Assembly: GCA_041891055.1 (NCBI GenBank)
Contig: CP169074.1
Location: forward strand, 352,001 to 416,000
Source: Halorutilales archaeon Cl-col2-1
Lineage (GTDB): Archaea > Halobacteriota > Halobacteria > Halobacteriales > Afararchaeaceae
Length of the DNA stretch: 64,000 nucleotides
Reading direction: 5' to 3'
Part shown: piece by piece, positions 39,538 through 49,701 of the stretch
How the letters are laid out: the number at the start of each line of letters is the position of its first letter
Numbering within the stretch: position 1 is the stretch's first letter
The notes under the pieces: generated by a model
Told to the model about the DNA's origin: nothing
Seen by the model: only the letters and a program-made list of their open reading frames with translations
The model's database searches: none
Made by a program: the position numbers and the translations under genes

Positions 39538-42500
39538 ATGTCAGATGTAGCTTCACTACGGGATTCTCTAAAGTCGATATATGAACGGATAGACGAGGAT
39601 ATGAGCGAGCGAGATGTAGAAACTCTGTTTATAGAACAGGGATTCTACGAAGCGCTCGATTACGAAGGTACGGGAACGGACATACGGAGTGAGTTTACAC
39701 TTCCTAACGATCAGCGTCCTGACTACATCACTCTCGACACTAACGAGTCGGTCACTACGGTCTACGAGTTCAAGACATCGGGTCGTGAACTGTCGCCCCA
39801 CAAGTCACAGCTTTTCGACTACATGGAGTATCTAAAGGCAGAACATGGAGTCCTGACAAACGGAGAGACTCTACGTCTCTACCGTCGAGGGCAGAGTTCT
39901 CCGGTTCTTGTTGTCTCCTTAGAGTCTATAACACAGAGTCAAGCCCGCGACCTCGCTGACGCTCTCTACAAACGTGAGTTCGACCTTACTAATCCCGAAG
40001 ACGTCAATCAGTTCTTGGAAGAGTTAGATCCTATCCCCTTAGACGAAGAGTCCGAGCTTGGGCAGGAGCATTTCTTCGACACCTTCCGTCTCGAAGAAGG
40101 TAGTCCATTTGCGGATCTCGTAGTTGGCATGATGGACATTCTACAGGAGCTTAGGGATGAGAAGGAAGCCAAGTTCGTGAAGGGGGCGTATGACTTCTGG
40201 GAGGCAACCTATGCGGACGAGCCAGACGATGTCCCCGACTCGTGGGAACCGTTCATCAACGGAAAACAGTCTCTACGTGACTTCATGTTCTGTCTAGAGA
40301 GTGGTCACGCTCTTCTCTCGCGTCTCCTTCTCGCAAAAGCGACTGAGGATCACGACTTCTTCGCAGGCACAGGATACAACGGCATGGGAGAGTACTTCCG
40401 TGGACTCCAAGGCTTCGGAGAAAGTATCAACCTCGACGCGTTCCCAGTCGCAGCCGATAACCTGATAGACGATATGCAGGATCAGTTAGTCGAGGGGCTT
40501 TTCCAGGACGACATCTTCGTGTGGTGGACGGACGGATACGCCGAACAGCTTTCACGGGGACACGAAACTGGAGCCAGCCAGTTTAGGGCTGTGGCACGGG
40601 GCACGGGAGAAGTCGACCGTATCAGTGAGACTACTCGTAACCGTTTCAGTCGGGCTGTCGCGGAGATATTCTTCAACGTCCTACGCTTCGACTTTGCCGA
40701 CGTTCAAGGAGACCTACTTGGCGACCTCTACCAGAAGTACTTCGACCCCGAGACGCGTAAGGCACTCGGTGAGTTCTACACTCCTCAGCCCGTCGTCGAC
40801 TACATTATGGACGGTGTGGGATACGAACGCGGTATCTCAAATCAGCGTCTAATCGACCCGTCTTGTGGTTCTGGTACCTTCCTCGTAGAAGCCGTAGAAA
40901 GATACTTGGAGGACATAGAACGGTACGAAGACAATCCCGATTGGGAGGAGCATCTACAGGATCTATGTACACGTCCCCGTGTCGTGGGTCTCGACATACA
41001 CCCGTTTGCGGTTCTAATGGCACAGATACGTTTCGTAGTCGCAATTCTCCCGGCTTACAGAAAGGCGAAGGATCAGAACCCCGAGTATACACTACGTCGG
41101 CTCCCGATCTATAGAACAGACACTCTCCGTAACGAACGTGAGCTGACGGGAGCTGATCTAGGCGACGACGGCACTCAGCAGATGACCTTCGACACGATAA
41201 CGGAGGACGAACAGGATGTCCGTATACCTGTCCCCCTCCCTGTCGAAGTAGACGAGGACGAAGTAGCTGAGACAGAGGATGGATTCCTCGTCCGACGTGT
41301 GCAGATGCCGCTGTTCGACACTATACAGCTTGAAACGGGAGTGAGTAACTTCGGAGAGTACTTTGCGGCTCTACAAGGAGTCCTCGACACGGTCAAAGAC
41401 CACATGGCTCTCGCAGAGGAGTTCGGCGGAGAGTTCGACTGGAAGTACCAGAGTGGACTAGAAGAGCGCATTAACAACTACACTTCGCAAGATTACTCTG
41501 GGGTAGAGGAGTTCTTCGCGCCCTACGTCGACGACATGCTGGAGAACGTGCGCTACCTGAAAGAGGAGCACAACGACGGGCGGCTGTTCAAGATGTTCGA
41601 GGACACCGTGCTCGCGCTCGTCGTCAAGAACTACATGGAGTACGACTACGTCGTGGGAATCCTCCTTACGTCCGCATCCAGAACCTCCCGGATAAGCAGA
41701 AGGAGATGATGGATACCCTGTACGACGCGACCACGGGCAACTACGACATTTACAGTCCGTTCTACGAGCGGGGCCTCGACTGGCTCCGCGAGGGCTCGGG
41801 GAAACTCGGATTCATCACGCCGAACCAGTTCATGGTCACGGACTACGGCGAGGGCCTGCGGGAGGTGCTGCTCGACGAGGCCCGCATCGAGGAGGTCTAC
41901 GACTTCCGGGACTCCGGGGTGTTCGAGGACGCGACGAACTATCCGGCCATCGTGATTCTGGCGGACGAACCCGAGGAGGCCAGCCGGGAGGACAACGAAA
42001 TTCGGTGCGTGCGGGTGAAAGCCGACACCGATGACGAAAGCGGACGTGAACTCGACGCGGCCATCATCGAGGCAGTGCGCGAACACCGCGTCGAGCCGGG
42101 ATACTCGGACGAATTCATCGACGTGTTCGACTTCCCGCAGTCGAAACTGACCGCCGGAGACTACTGGGCGATGATGCCGCCCGAGGAGTTGCGGGTCTTC
42201 GAGAAACTGGAGTCGAAAGCGGATGATACCCTCGAAGAGATTACCGATTCAGTCTCTCACGGGACACAGACCAGTGCGAACAAAGTTTACGTAGTTGACG
42301 TTCTGGACGCCGAGCGCGTTGAATCGGGAGATACTGGTGGAACAGTGACTATCGTTCCCTCCGGCGGTACAGAGGAGTATGAGATTGAAACAGACCTGCT
42401 AAGACCCTGGCTTCAGGGTCGTGACGTTCAACGTTGGCGGGCAGAGTGGTCCGGCCAACACGTCGTGCTACCTTACTCTGTTCAGCGAGTCGGGGAAGAC

Positions 42501-43448
42501 GAACTTTCAGCATCACTCATCGATGCCGAGACGTTGCAAAGCGACTACCCGCTAGCGTGGGACTTCTTCAAGGCTCACGAGGAGAAACTCCGTGGGCGAG
42601 AGGGAGGCCGCTGGGAGAACAGCGACAATTGGTGGGAGTTTGGGCGACCACAAAACTTGGAAAAGTTCGAGATACCGAAAATTGTCTTCGCCCACATCAG
42701 CGAGGACGCGACGTTCATGCTTGATGAGGTCGGTACGTGGTACTACAAAACCGCATACTCGGTCCTTCTCGAAGACGACTACCGCGACCTCACCGAGGAG
42801 ATGGCTTGTCAGTTGAACTCGAAGGCGCTGGACTTCTACTTCAAGCACATCACGACGGTCAAGATGGGCGGCTTCTACGAATACCGCTCGCAGTACGTCG
42901 AGAAACTGCCCTGTAAGACCGAAGACAGCGCCGGCGTCTTCGGGACGATGCGCGAGACAGCGGGGGAGATTGTGGACACCATCGACCTCGACAGTAAGAT
43001 CGACCGCTTCCCTGAGGCGTACCTCGGCGACTACGACGGAGAACTCGACTACATCACCTACGAGTGGCAGACCCGCCGGTATCCGGTGAACGCCGACGTG
43101 CAGGGAGACGTTGATGGGAACTTCACCGTGCAAGCCGGAAGATCCGACACTATCAAAGATCCGGCTATGTACTCCAGAGATAGAGACGCGCGAAAGAAAC
43201 GCGCCGAGTACGTCCACGCCGCAGTAGACGGACGTAACGTCAAGAGTGGAGAGGAGACCTCTATCCCGATACCGAGGACTGACGAAGGCGTAGAAGAGCT
43301 TCTCAGTAATCTCGAAGAAGATCGTAAAGAAGTACGGCAAACCGACATAGAGGAACTCGAAGCTGATATTGACGAGGCTGTGTACGATCTGTTTGACTTG
43401 ACTGAGGAAGAACGTCAGGTGATCGAGGAATATTTGGAAGTATTCTGA
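39538..43448 (+). pseudogene. Type IIG (Eco57I-like) restriction-modification enzyme with a 1-nt frameshift
   Basis: RPDY...YEFK nuclease, LGEFYTP, DPSCGSGTF; the NPPY motif appears only in the -1 frame at 41658; C-terminal target-recognition domain. Confidence 0.85.
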
Positions 43449-43458
43449 TCTACTCAGA

Positions 43459-44703
43459 TCACAGAAGCCCTCCCTCGTCCTCGTCGAGTGTCTCGTACCT
43501 CACGTCGTCGTTGTAGTCGGTGTAGTAGCCCGCTGAGATCGCTCTCTTTATCTTGTCCCTGTTCTCACGTGTGATCTTCGAGTTCTTGTCCGCCCTCATC
43601 ACCGCGCGTGGGACGTCCCTCTTCTTCGCCGCCTCCTTGAGAACCTTCGCGCGCACCTTACGTCTCTTCTCGTCTGTGTCGACTACCATGTAGGGTGCGT
43701 CGGCTCTCATGACCGTCCCGAGGCTCGGGAGACGGTAGTAGAAGAAACATCTCCTGTACCTCTCGATGTCGTAGTCGAGCGAGTCCTCGACAGGGCTGAG
43801 TACCTCCGCCTCGCCCGAGTCGAAGACGACCTTCTCCTCGACGAACCACGGTGTGTAGGGTATGTACTCTATCGACGACTCGTCTCTCAGAGCCTCTCCG
43901 ATAAGCTGGTTGTCCTTGTTCCAGAGTACCTCGTCGTCTGTCTTGTCTTCGAGAGACCGTATTAGGGTGCTTGAGTTCGACGTCTTGACTATTCCCACGA
44001 CGGGAAGACCTCTCTCGTACTGGTGTTCGACCACACGGACGTACCTCTCGGCTATCTTCCTCAGGACGTCTGCGACGGAGAAGGCACGGTTCTCGCTGAA
44101 GTCGAGCGACCTCAGAACCTCAGTCGGGTAGATGGGTCCGTCTATGAAGAGTATGCTGTCTATCGAGTCGATGTTTCTGAGGACATGGGTACTCTCGGAG
44201 TTCTTCTGTGCGACCGCCGAGACGGTCTTTTCGAGGCGTCGAGTCTCGTATATCTCCGACTCGGGGAGACGTGTGATGTTGACGTCTATCTCGGAGCTCT
44301 CGTCCAGAGTTGAGGGTATCTCGGCGTCTCCCTTGTAGTAGTAGGTAATCTCGACAGTCCCTTTTCTCTCCACCTCGGTATCGGCGTCGCCCGTCGCCGC
44401 GATCTTGGCGTAAGCCGCGTTCGCGATCAAGCCGTTGTTGTACTCCATCGGCTGTGTCGTCGACGAGTCGACACCGTAGGTCGCGTCGTCCCATGGGTCG
44501 TCGTCCCACGCACCCAGAGACGAGAAGCTGACCTTTCTGGGTGCGGGATCGGTGTCGTCGATAGGATAGACGTAGCCGCCCTCGTCGGCGAGTGACGAGA
44601 GTGCCTCCCTCGCCCTCTCGGGGTTCGAGTCGGCGTCTACGGGTAGTCCCGCGTCGACCTTCTCGAACGCCTCCTCTATCAGATGGAATGCTTCGATCTC
44701 CAT
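43459..44703 (-). CDS. nurA: NurA nuclease
   Basis: YGVDSST, FIDGPIYP, VGIVKT; directly downstream of rad50. Confidence 0.88.
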   Translation of the reverse strand: MEIEAFHLIEEAFEKVDAGLPVDADSNPERAREALSSLADEGGYVYPIDDTDPAPRKVSFSSLGAWDDDPWDDATYGVDSSTTQPMEYNNGLIANAAYAKIAATGDADTEVERKGTVEITYYYKGDAEIPSTLDESSEIDVNITRLPESEIYETRRLEKTVSAVAQKNSESTHVLRNIDSIDSILFIDGPIYPTEVLRSLDFSENRAFSVADVLRKIAERYVRVVEHQYERGLPVVGIVKTSNSSTLIRSLEDKTDDEVLWNKDNQLIGEALRDESSIEYIPYTPWFVEEKVVFDSGEAEVLSPVEDSLDYDIERYRRCFFYYRLPSLGTVMRADAPYMVVDTDEKRRKVRAKVLKEAAKKRDVPRAVMRADKNSKITRENRDKIKRAISAGYYTDYNDDVRYETLDEDEGGLL

Positions 44704-44704
44704 C

Positions 44705-47404
44705 TTAATCACCTGCCTTCGAAATCTCGGCGTGGCTCGACTCCGTCTCGGGGTCGTACCATACCTCACAGTCGTAGTCGGCTCCGTGTATAAGGCTCTC
44801 GTCGTGTGACACTACGATTACCTGTGGGACGTCCCAGGTCTTTATCTCGTCTATGAGTCTCTCAAGACGTCCGACGTGCTGTCTGTCGAGGAAGGTTGTC
44901 GGCTCGTCGAGTATGAAGGGCGGGAGTGAGCCTCCTGACTGTCTCTCCGAGATAAGCCTGTATATACCCGCTCTCAGCGATAGGCTCACGATAGCCTGCT
45001 CGCCCCCGCTCGCGTTCCCGGGACTCTCAGTACTCCCGTCCGAACGTCTCAGACGTATCTCGTAGTCGTAGTCGTACTTCCTGTGTTCGGGAAGCTCGAC
45101 CTCGTCGATGAGTATCGACTGGTAGCCCGAGTTCTGGTATATCTCGGAGAAGACGTCGTTCGTATATGTGTTGAGATGGGCTATGTACTCGTTCCTCATC
45201 TCCGACTTGACGTCGTCGTAGACAGAACGCAGCTTCCCGAGGTCTTCACGCACACCCGACGCCCACGACTCCTTCTCCTCCAGGATCTGTATCCTCTGTT
45301 TGAGACGTCTCAGATCCTCAAGCTCCTTTTCGAGCCTCGACCTCTCGTCACGCAGCTGGTTTAGCTTCTCCTCCCTCTTCTCGACGCCCTTCTGCCATCT
45401 TTCACGTTTCTCCTCGGCTTGGCGTCTCTTCTCCTTCAGACTCTCTATGTCGGTCTCGCCTATCTTCTCCCTCAGCTCCTCCTTCTCACCTTTTAGGTCG
45501 TCGATGGCATCGTTCGCGTCGTCTATACGTGACTCGGCGTGCTGGAGGTCTTTCTGTCTCTGATCGATGAAGCTCCTGTGGCGCTCTATCTCGTCGTATA
45601 CATCGATGGCGTCGTCGACCCTCTGTCTCACCGATCCGACCTCCTCGACGAGAGACTCGGCTTCTGAGAGTTCGTCCTCCGCCTCGCGTATCCTCTCAAC
45701 GATCTCGTCTCTCTCGTCCTCTAACTCAGCCTTCGCCTCCTCTGCGTCGTCTATCTCCTCCGAAGCCGCCTCGACTTCCTCGGTCTTGTCCTCGAGTCTC
45801 TCTTCGACATTACTTATCCTCTGTCTCCTGTAACGTAGAGCCTCGACCACGAGAGACTTCGTCTCGTCTATCTCGTCCCTCTCGTCGGCGAGTTCCTCCC
45901 TCTCCCCTATCTTCTCCTCCAGCTTACTCTCCGTCTTCTCTATCTCATGTCTCAGTTCCTCGACCTCCTCCTCGACGTGTGCCTCGTCGACCTCCTGTTT
46001 ACACCGGGGACATCTCCCCTCGTCGGCGAGAGACACCACCTCGTCTATCTCATCCTCGTACGTCTCTACCTGAGTTCTGAGCGACTCTATCTCTCCCGAG
46101 ATCTCGTTTATGCGTGAGGTTATCTCGTCCTTTCTCTCGTCTAATAGACTGTCACGTAGCTCTTCGAGGTCGTCGAACTCGACTCCGAGCGAGGCGGCTC
46201 TCTCCTCAACCTCGTATACCTTCTCGTCGAACTCGTGCCTCGCTGCTTCGAGGTCAGCTTCGAGGTCTTCTATCTTGTCCTCGGCGTTCTCTATCTCGTG
46301 ACGTCTCGACTCCACCTCGGACTTCAGCGTATCTATCTCGTCGTCTATCTCGCCGAGCCTCTCCTTCTCCGACTCCAAGCGGTGACGTGCCTCGGTCTCG
46401 TCCTCTCTGAGGCTGTCACGTATCCGGTTGACCTCGTCGAGAGACTCCTTGGCTTTTTGCTTCGAGCCGAGACGGAGTCTGTCGAGTCCAAGACCCTCCG
46501 TCTCAACATTCTCCTCCCCAAGGCTTTCTATCTCGTCCTTGAGCGACTTTATCTCGTCACGTCTCTCGATCATCTCCGACTTCGCCTCGTCGCGTTTCTG
46601 TTTGGCTTTTTGCTTCTTACGTCTCTCCTCCTCTATCTTCTCCGACCTGTCTTCTATCCTCTCCTTGACCTCCTCGTAAGACTCTATACTCGTCCGTATA
46701 CCGTGGAGACGCTCCTCGATCTTTCTGACGGCTTCCTCACCTTCGTCTATCTCTGACTCGACCTCGTCTATACGTGACGTGAGGTCGGCGATCTCGTCCT
46801 CGTACTCATCCTCCGACATCGTGTACTCGTCGAGATCCTGTCTGTAAGCCTCGTGTCTCGAACGGCTCTCCTTTTTCACCCTTCCCGCTCCGGTGATCGC
46901 GTCGCTGGCACGCTTTCTGTACTCGTCTATCTCGTCGAGTCCGAGGAGTCCGTCTATCACGACTGCGCGGTTGTCAGCGTCCACTAGCTTAGTCATCTCG
47001 GTCTGGCGGACATAGACCGAGTTGGTGAGGTCGTCGCTGTCCATACGTACGATACTACTCACCCGGTCTGTGACGTCTCTGACGCCGGTCACCTTGTCAC
47101 CCCCAGGGAGTTCGAGGCTCGCCTTCGAGCCGCCGTCGGTACTTATCCTCCAGTCGACCTCATACTCGTTGTCCTCTACCTCAAAGACGAGTTCGACACG
47201 TCCCTCGTCCTCGCCCCGCCTAACGAAGTCGTCGAGCTTCGACTCGATACCGCGTGAGAGGAAGAGACCTCCGAGTATGCCCATAAGGAGAGACGTCTTT
47301 CCGACGCCGTTGTCTCCATGTATCAGAACTGCCCCGTCGGGGAACTCGACCGTCTCGTCCCTGTAGCTCCGTATGTTCTGAAGACGTAGCCTCTTTAGCC
47401 TCAC
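44705..47404 (-). CDS. rad50: Rad50 ATPase
   Basis: GDNGVGKT, coiled coil with CPRC zinc hook, SGGE, LDEPT, SHD. Confidence 0.95.
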   Translation of the reverse strand: MRLKRLRLQNIRSYRDETVEFPDGAVLIHGDNGVGKTSLLMGILGGLFLSRGIESKLDDFVRRGEDEGRVELVFEVEDNEYEVDWRISTDGGSKASLELPGGDKVTGVRDVTDRVSSIVRMDSDDLTNSVYVRQTEMTKLVDADNRAVVIDGLLGLDEIDEYRKRASDAITGAGRVKKESRSRHEAYRQDLDEYTMSEDEYEDEIADLTSRIDEVESEIDEGEEAVRKIEERLHGIRTSIESYEEVKERIEDRSEKIEEERRKKQKAKQKRDEAKSEMIERRDEIKSLKDEIESLGEENVETEGLGLDRLRLGSKQKAKESLDEVNRIRDSLREDETEARHRLESEKERLGEIDDEIDTLKSEVESRRHEIENAEDKIEDLEADLEAARHEFDEKVYEVEERAASLGVEFDDLEELRDSLLDERKDEITSRINEISGEIESLRTQVETYEDEIDEVVSLADEGRCPRCKQEVDEAHVEEEVEELRHEIEKTESKLEEKIGEREELADERDEIDETKSLVVEALRYRRQRISNVEERLEDKTEEVEAASEEIDDAEEAKAELEDERDEIVERIREAEDELSEAESLVEEVGSVRQRVDDAIDVYDEIERHRSFIDQRQKDLQHAESRIDDANDAIDDLKGEKEELREKIGETDIESLKEKRRQAEEKRERWQKGVEKREEKLNQLRDERSRLEKELEDLRRLKQRIQILEEKESWASGVREDLGKLRSVYDDVKSEMRNEYIAHLNTYTNDVFSEIYQNSGYQSILIDEVELPEHRKYDYDYEIRLRRSDGSTESPGNASGGEQAIVSLSLRAGIYRLISERQSGGSLPPFILDEPTTFLDRQHVGRLERLIDEIKTWDVPQVIVVSHDESLIHGADYDCEVWYDPETESSHAEISKAGD

Positions 47405-48594
47405 GTCTCCACCTCCGTGCCGTCTCTGTCTTCTTTCTCCAGGTCATCCGTATCGTCATCGTCTTCCGAGAACACCTCGTCGCGTCTCTGTCTGACGCGT
47501 TCCTCGACGACATCGTCTGTTCTCGACTTCGGGAGGTCGCCGTTTCTGATCTCGTCGTCTATCTCGACGGCTATCTCCGACAGATCCGACTCGGAGACAC
47601 GACGGCTTATCATCTCGTCTATGTCTCTCACGTCCTCGAACTCCTCCCCGGATTCGACGTCGAAGTTACGTGACTCTCTCTCGTCCCTGACGTTACAGAC
47701 CGCGGCTCCCTCTTCGACAGCGACTTTGTGAACGTCGTTCGCTGTTATGTTTCCGCGTCTCCCGCGGAGAACCGGGACTACTGTCTTGTCCTCAACGTCA
47801 CGTCTCTCGAACTCGTCTCTGACGTCTGAGACTGTCGTGTCGGCTCCGACCTCGACGGGTAACTCAACGAGGTCGCGGGCGTCGATCTCTATCCGTTTTC
47901 TCGTCATCCCTCCGTCGTCGAAGCTGAGTAGATGGACGCGTCTCGGCTGTGTCTCACCCGCTGAGACCCTCTCAGTCGAACCCGCGTACCAGACCTCGAC
48001 ACCTTCTACGGTGGCATTCACGGCTTCGTGGTAGTCGCCGAGTGCGAGTGCATCGATCTCGATGCCAAGTCTCTCGATCACCTCATCTGTGTCGTGGTCG
48101 GATAGCTTCTCAGGGACGGGTGGATGTAGAAGCTGGTGCATACAGACGAGTCGGTAGAGGTCGTCATCCGTCTCTTGAATCTCCAAGTCAGCGGAGTCCC
48201 AAGACACTCGGCTCACCGAGTCTATGCCGTAGACTGCGACCTCATCTCCGATGACGATGGGCTCCTTTCCGAGACGTTCGGCGACTCCGGTGCGTTCGAG
48301 TAGGTCGAGCCACTGTCTGTCGATCTTTCTCTCGTGGTTCCCGACTATTCCGTAGAAAGGTATTCCCTCGTGTCTCAAAGTTCGGAGGACGTCTATGCAG
48401 TCGGTGAGGTCTGTGAGCGAGGGATCGCGAGAGTCGAAGAGGTCGCCCGTGTGTACGACTGCGTCGACGTCCCTCTCTACGGCGACCTCGACCGCCTCCT
48501 CGAAGGCGTCGGTGAAGTCCTGACGCCTCAGGTCGCTCCGGTACTGTCTGTATCCGAGATGGGTATCACTCAGATGGAGAACCTCGACTGTCAC
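47401..48594 (-). CDS. mre11: Mre11 nuclease
   Basis: SDTHLG, TGDLFD, GNHE, LGDYH, AGSTE; GTGA overlap with rad50. Confidence 0.95.
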   Translation of the reverse strand: MTVEVLHLSDTHLGYRQYRSDLRRQDFTDAFEEAVEVAVERDVDAVVHTGDLFDSRDPSLTDLTDCIDVLRTLRHEGIPFYGIVGNHERKIDRQWLDLLERTGVAERLGKEPIVIGDEVAVYGIDSVSRVSWDSADLEIQETDDDLYRLVCMHQLLHPPVPEKLSDHDTDEVIERLGIEIDALALGDYHEAVNATVEGVEVWYAGSTERVSAGETQPRRVHLLSFDDGGMTRKRIEIDARDLVELPVEVGADTTVSDVRDEFERRDVEDKTVVPVLRGRRGNITANDVHKVAVEEGAAVCNVRDERESRNFDVESGEEFEDVRDIDEMISRRVSESDLSEIAVEIDDEIRNGDLPKSRTDDVVEERVRQRRDEVFSEDDDDTDDLEKEDRDGTEVET

Positions 48595-48684
48595 TACCGA
48601 CGATATAACCGCGACAAAGATATTAGTTTCGAGACCCCTCAGACGTACCGGTGGACTTTCGTCACCTGAGACTCTATCCGAGGT

Positions 48685-49689
48685 ATGATCGAGGCTCTGG
48701 GATACCTGGCTCTCGCGGCAGTCTCGTCTCTAGTGATCTGGAAGTCATCTTCTTACTTCGAGGACTCTGCCGACAAGCTCGCCTCCTACTACGGTCTTCC
48801 CGCGGTCGTCCAGGGAGCAGTCGTAGCTGCGGTGGGTTCGAGTATGCCCGAGCTCTCGGCGGTCGTCGTCTCGGCTTTCAGGGGTGAGTTCGAGATAGGA
48901 GTGGGTGCGATAGTCGGATCCGCTGTCTTCAACATACTCGTGATACCCGCGGTAGCCACCTTCTACCGCGAAGGGTCGATGAGTCTGAGCCGTGACCTCG
49001 TCTACAAGGAGGCGCAGTTCTACATGCTCTCGATAGCCACACTCCTCGTGACCTTCTCGTTCGCGGTCATCTACTACCCCGTAGGTGGTCGGAGTCTTCT
49101 CGAAGGGAGCGTCACGAGGCCTCTCGCGCTCATACCGATCCTCCTCTACTTCCTCTACATATTCATACAGTATCTCGACACTGCGGATTACGACGCTCCC
49201 GACTCCGACGTCTCTCCCGTAAAGAACTGGCTTATTCTGACTGTGAGCCTGGGCGTTATAGTCGTCGGCGTCGAGGGTCTCGTGAGGTCGGTCGTGGGTC
49301 TCGGCGACGTCTTCGGCACTCCAGCGTTCTTCTGGAGCCTCGTCATCGTCGCCGCAGGCACGAGCCTCCCCGACGCCTTCGTAAGCATCGAGGCTATGAA
49401 GTCGGGGAAAGGCGACGTGAGTCTCGCAAACGTCCTCGGGAGTAACACATTCGACCTCTTAATTGCCGTCCCGACGGGAATCATGATCGTCGGCTCCGAC
49501 ACCGTAATCTTCTCACACGTCGTCCCCATGATGGCTTTCTTAGTCTTCGCGACCATAGCTCTCTTCGTCTTCCTCAGAACAGGCATGATGATCACTAACA
49601 GAGAGGCGTACCTTCTCTTAGGTATCTACGCAGTCTTCGTGGTCTGGGTCACAGCAGAGAGCCTCGGAGCCGTGGGTCTCGTGAGATAG
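48685..49689 (+). CDS. Na+/Ca2+ antiporter (CaCA family)
   Basis: GSSMPE / GSAVFN and GTSLPD / GSNTFD alpha repeats. Confidence 0.92.
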   Translation: MIEALGYLALAAVSSLVIWKSSSYFEDSADKLASYYGLPAVVQGAVVAAVGSSMPELSAVVVSAFRGEFEIGVGAIVGSAVFNILVIPAVATFYREGSMSLSRDLVYKEAQFYMLSIATLLVTFSFAVIYYPVGGRSLLEGSVTRPLALIPILLYFLYIFIQYLDTADYDAPDSDVSPVKNWLILTVSLGVIVVGVEGLVRSVVGLGDVFGTPAFFWSLVIVAAGTSLPDAFVSIEAMKSGKGDVSLANVLGSNTFDLLIAVPTGIMIVGSDTVIFSHVVPMMAFLVFATIALFVFLRTGMMITNREAYLLLGIYAVFVVWVTAESLGAVGLVR

Positions 49690-49701
49690 AGTGGTAGTGA
49701 G

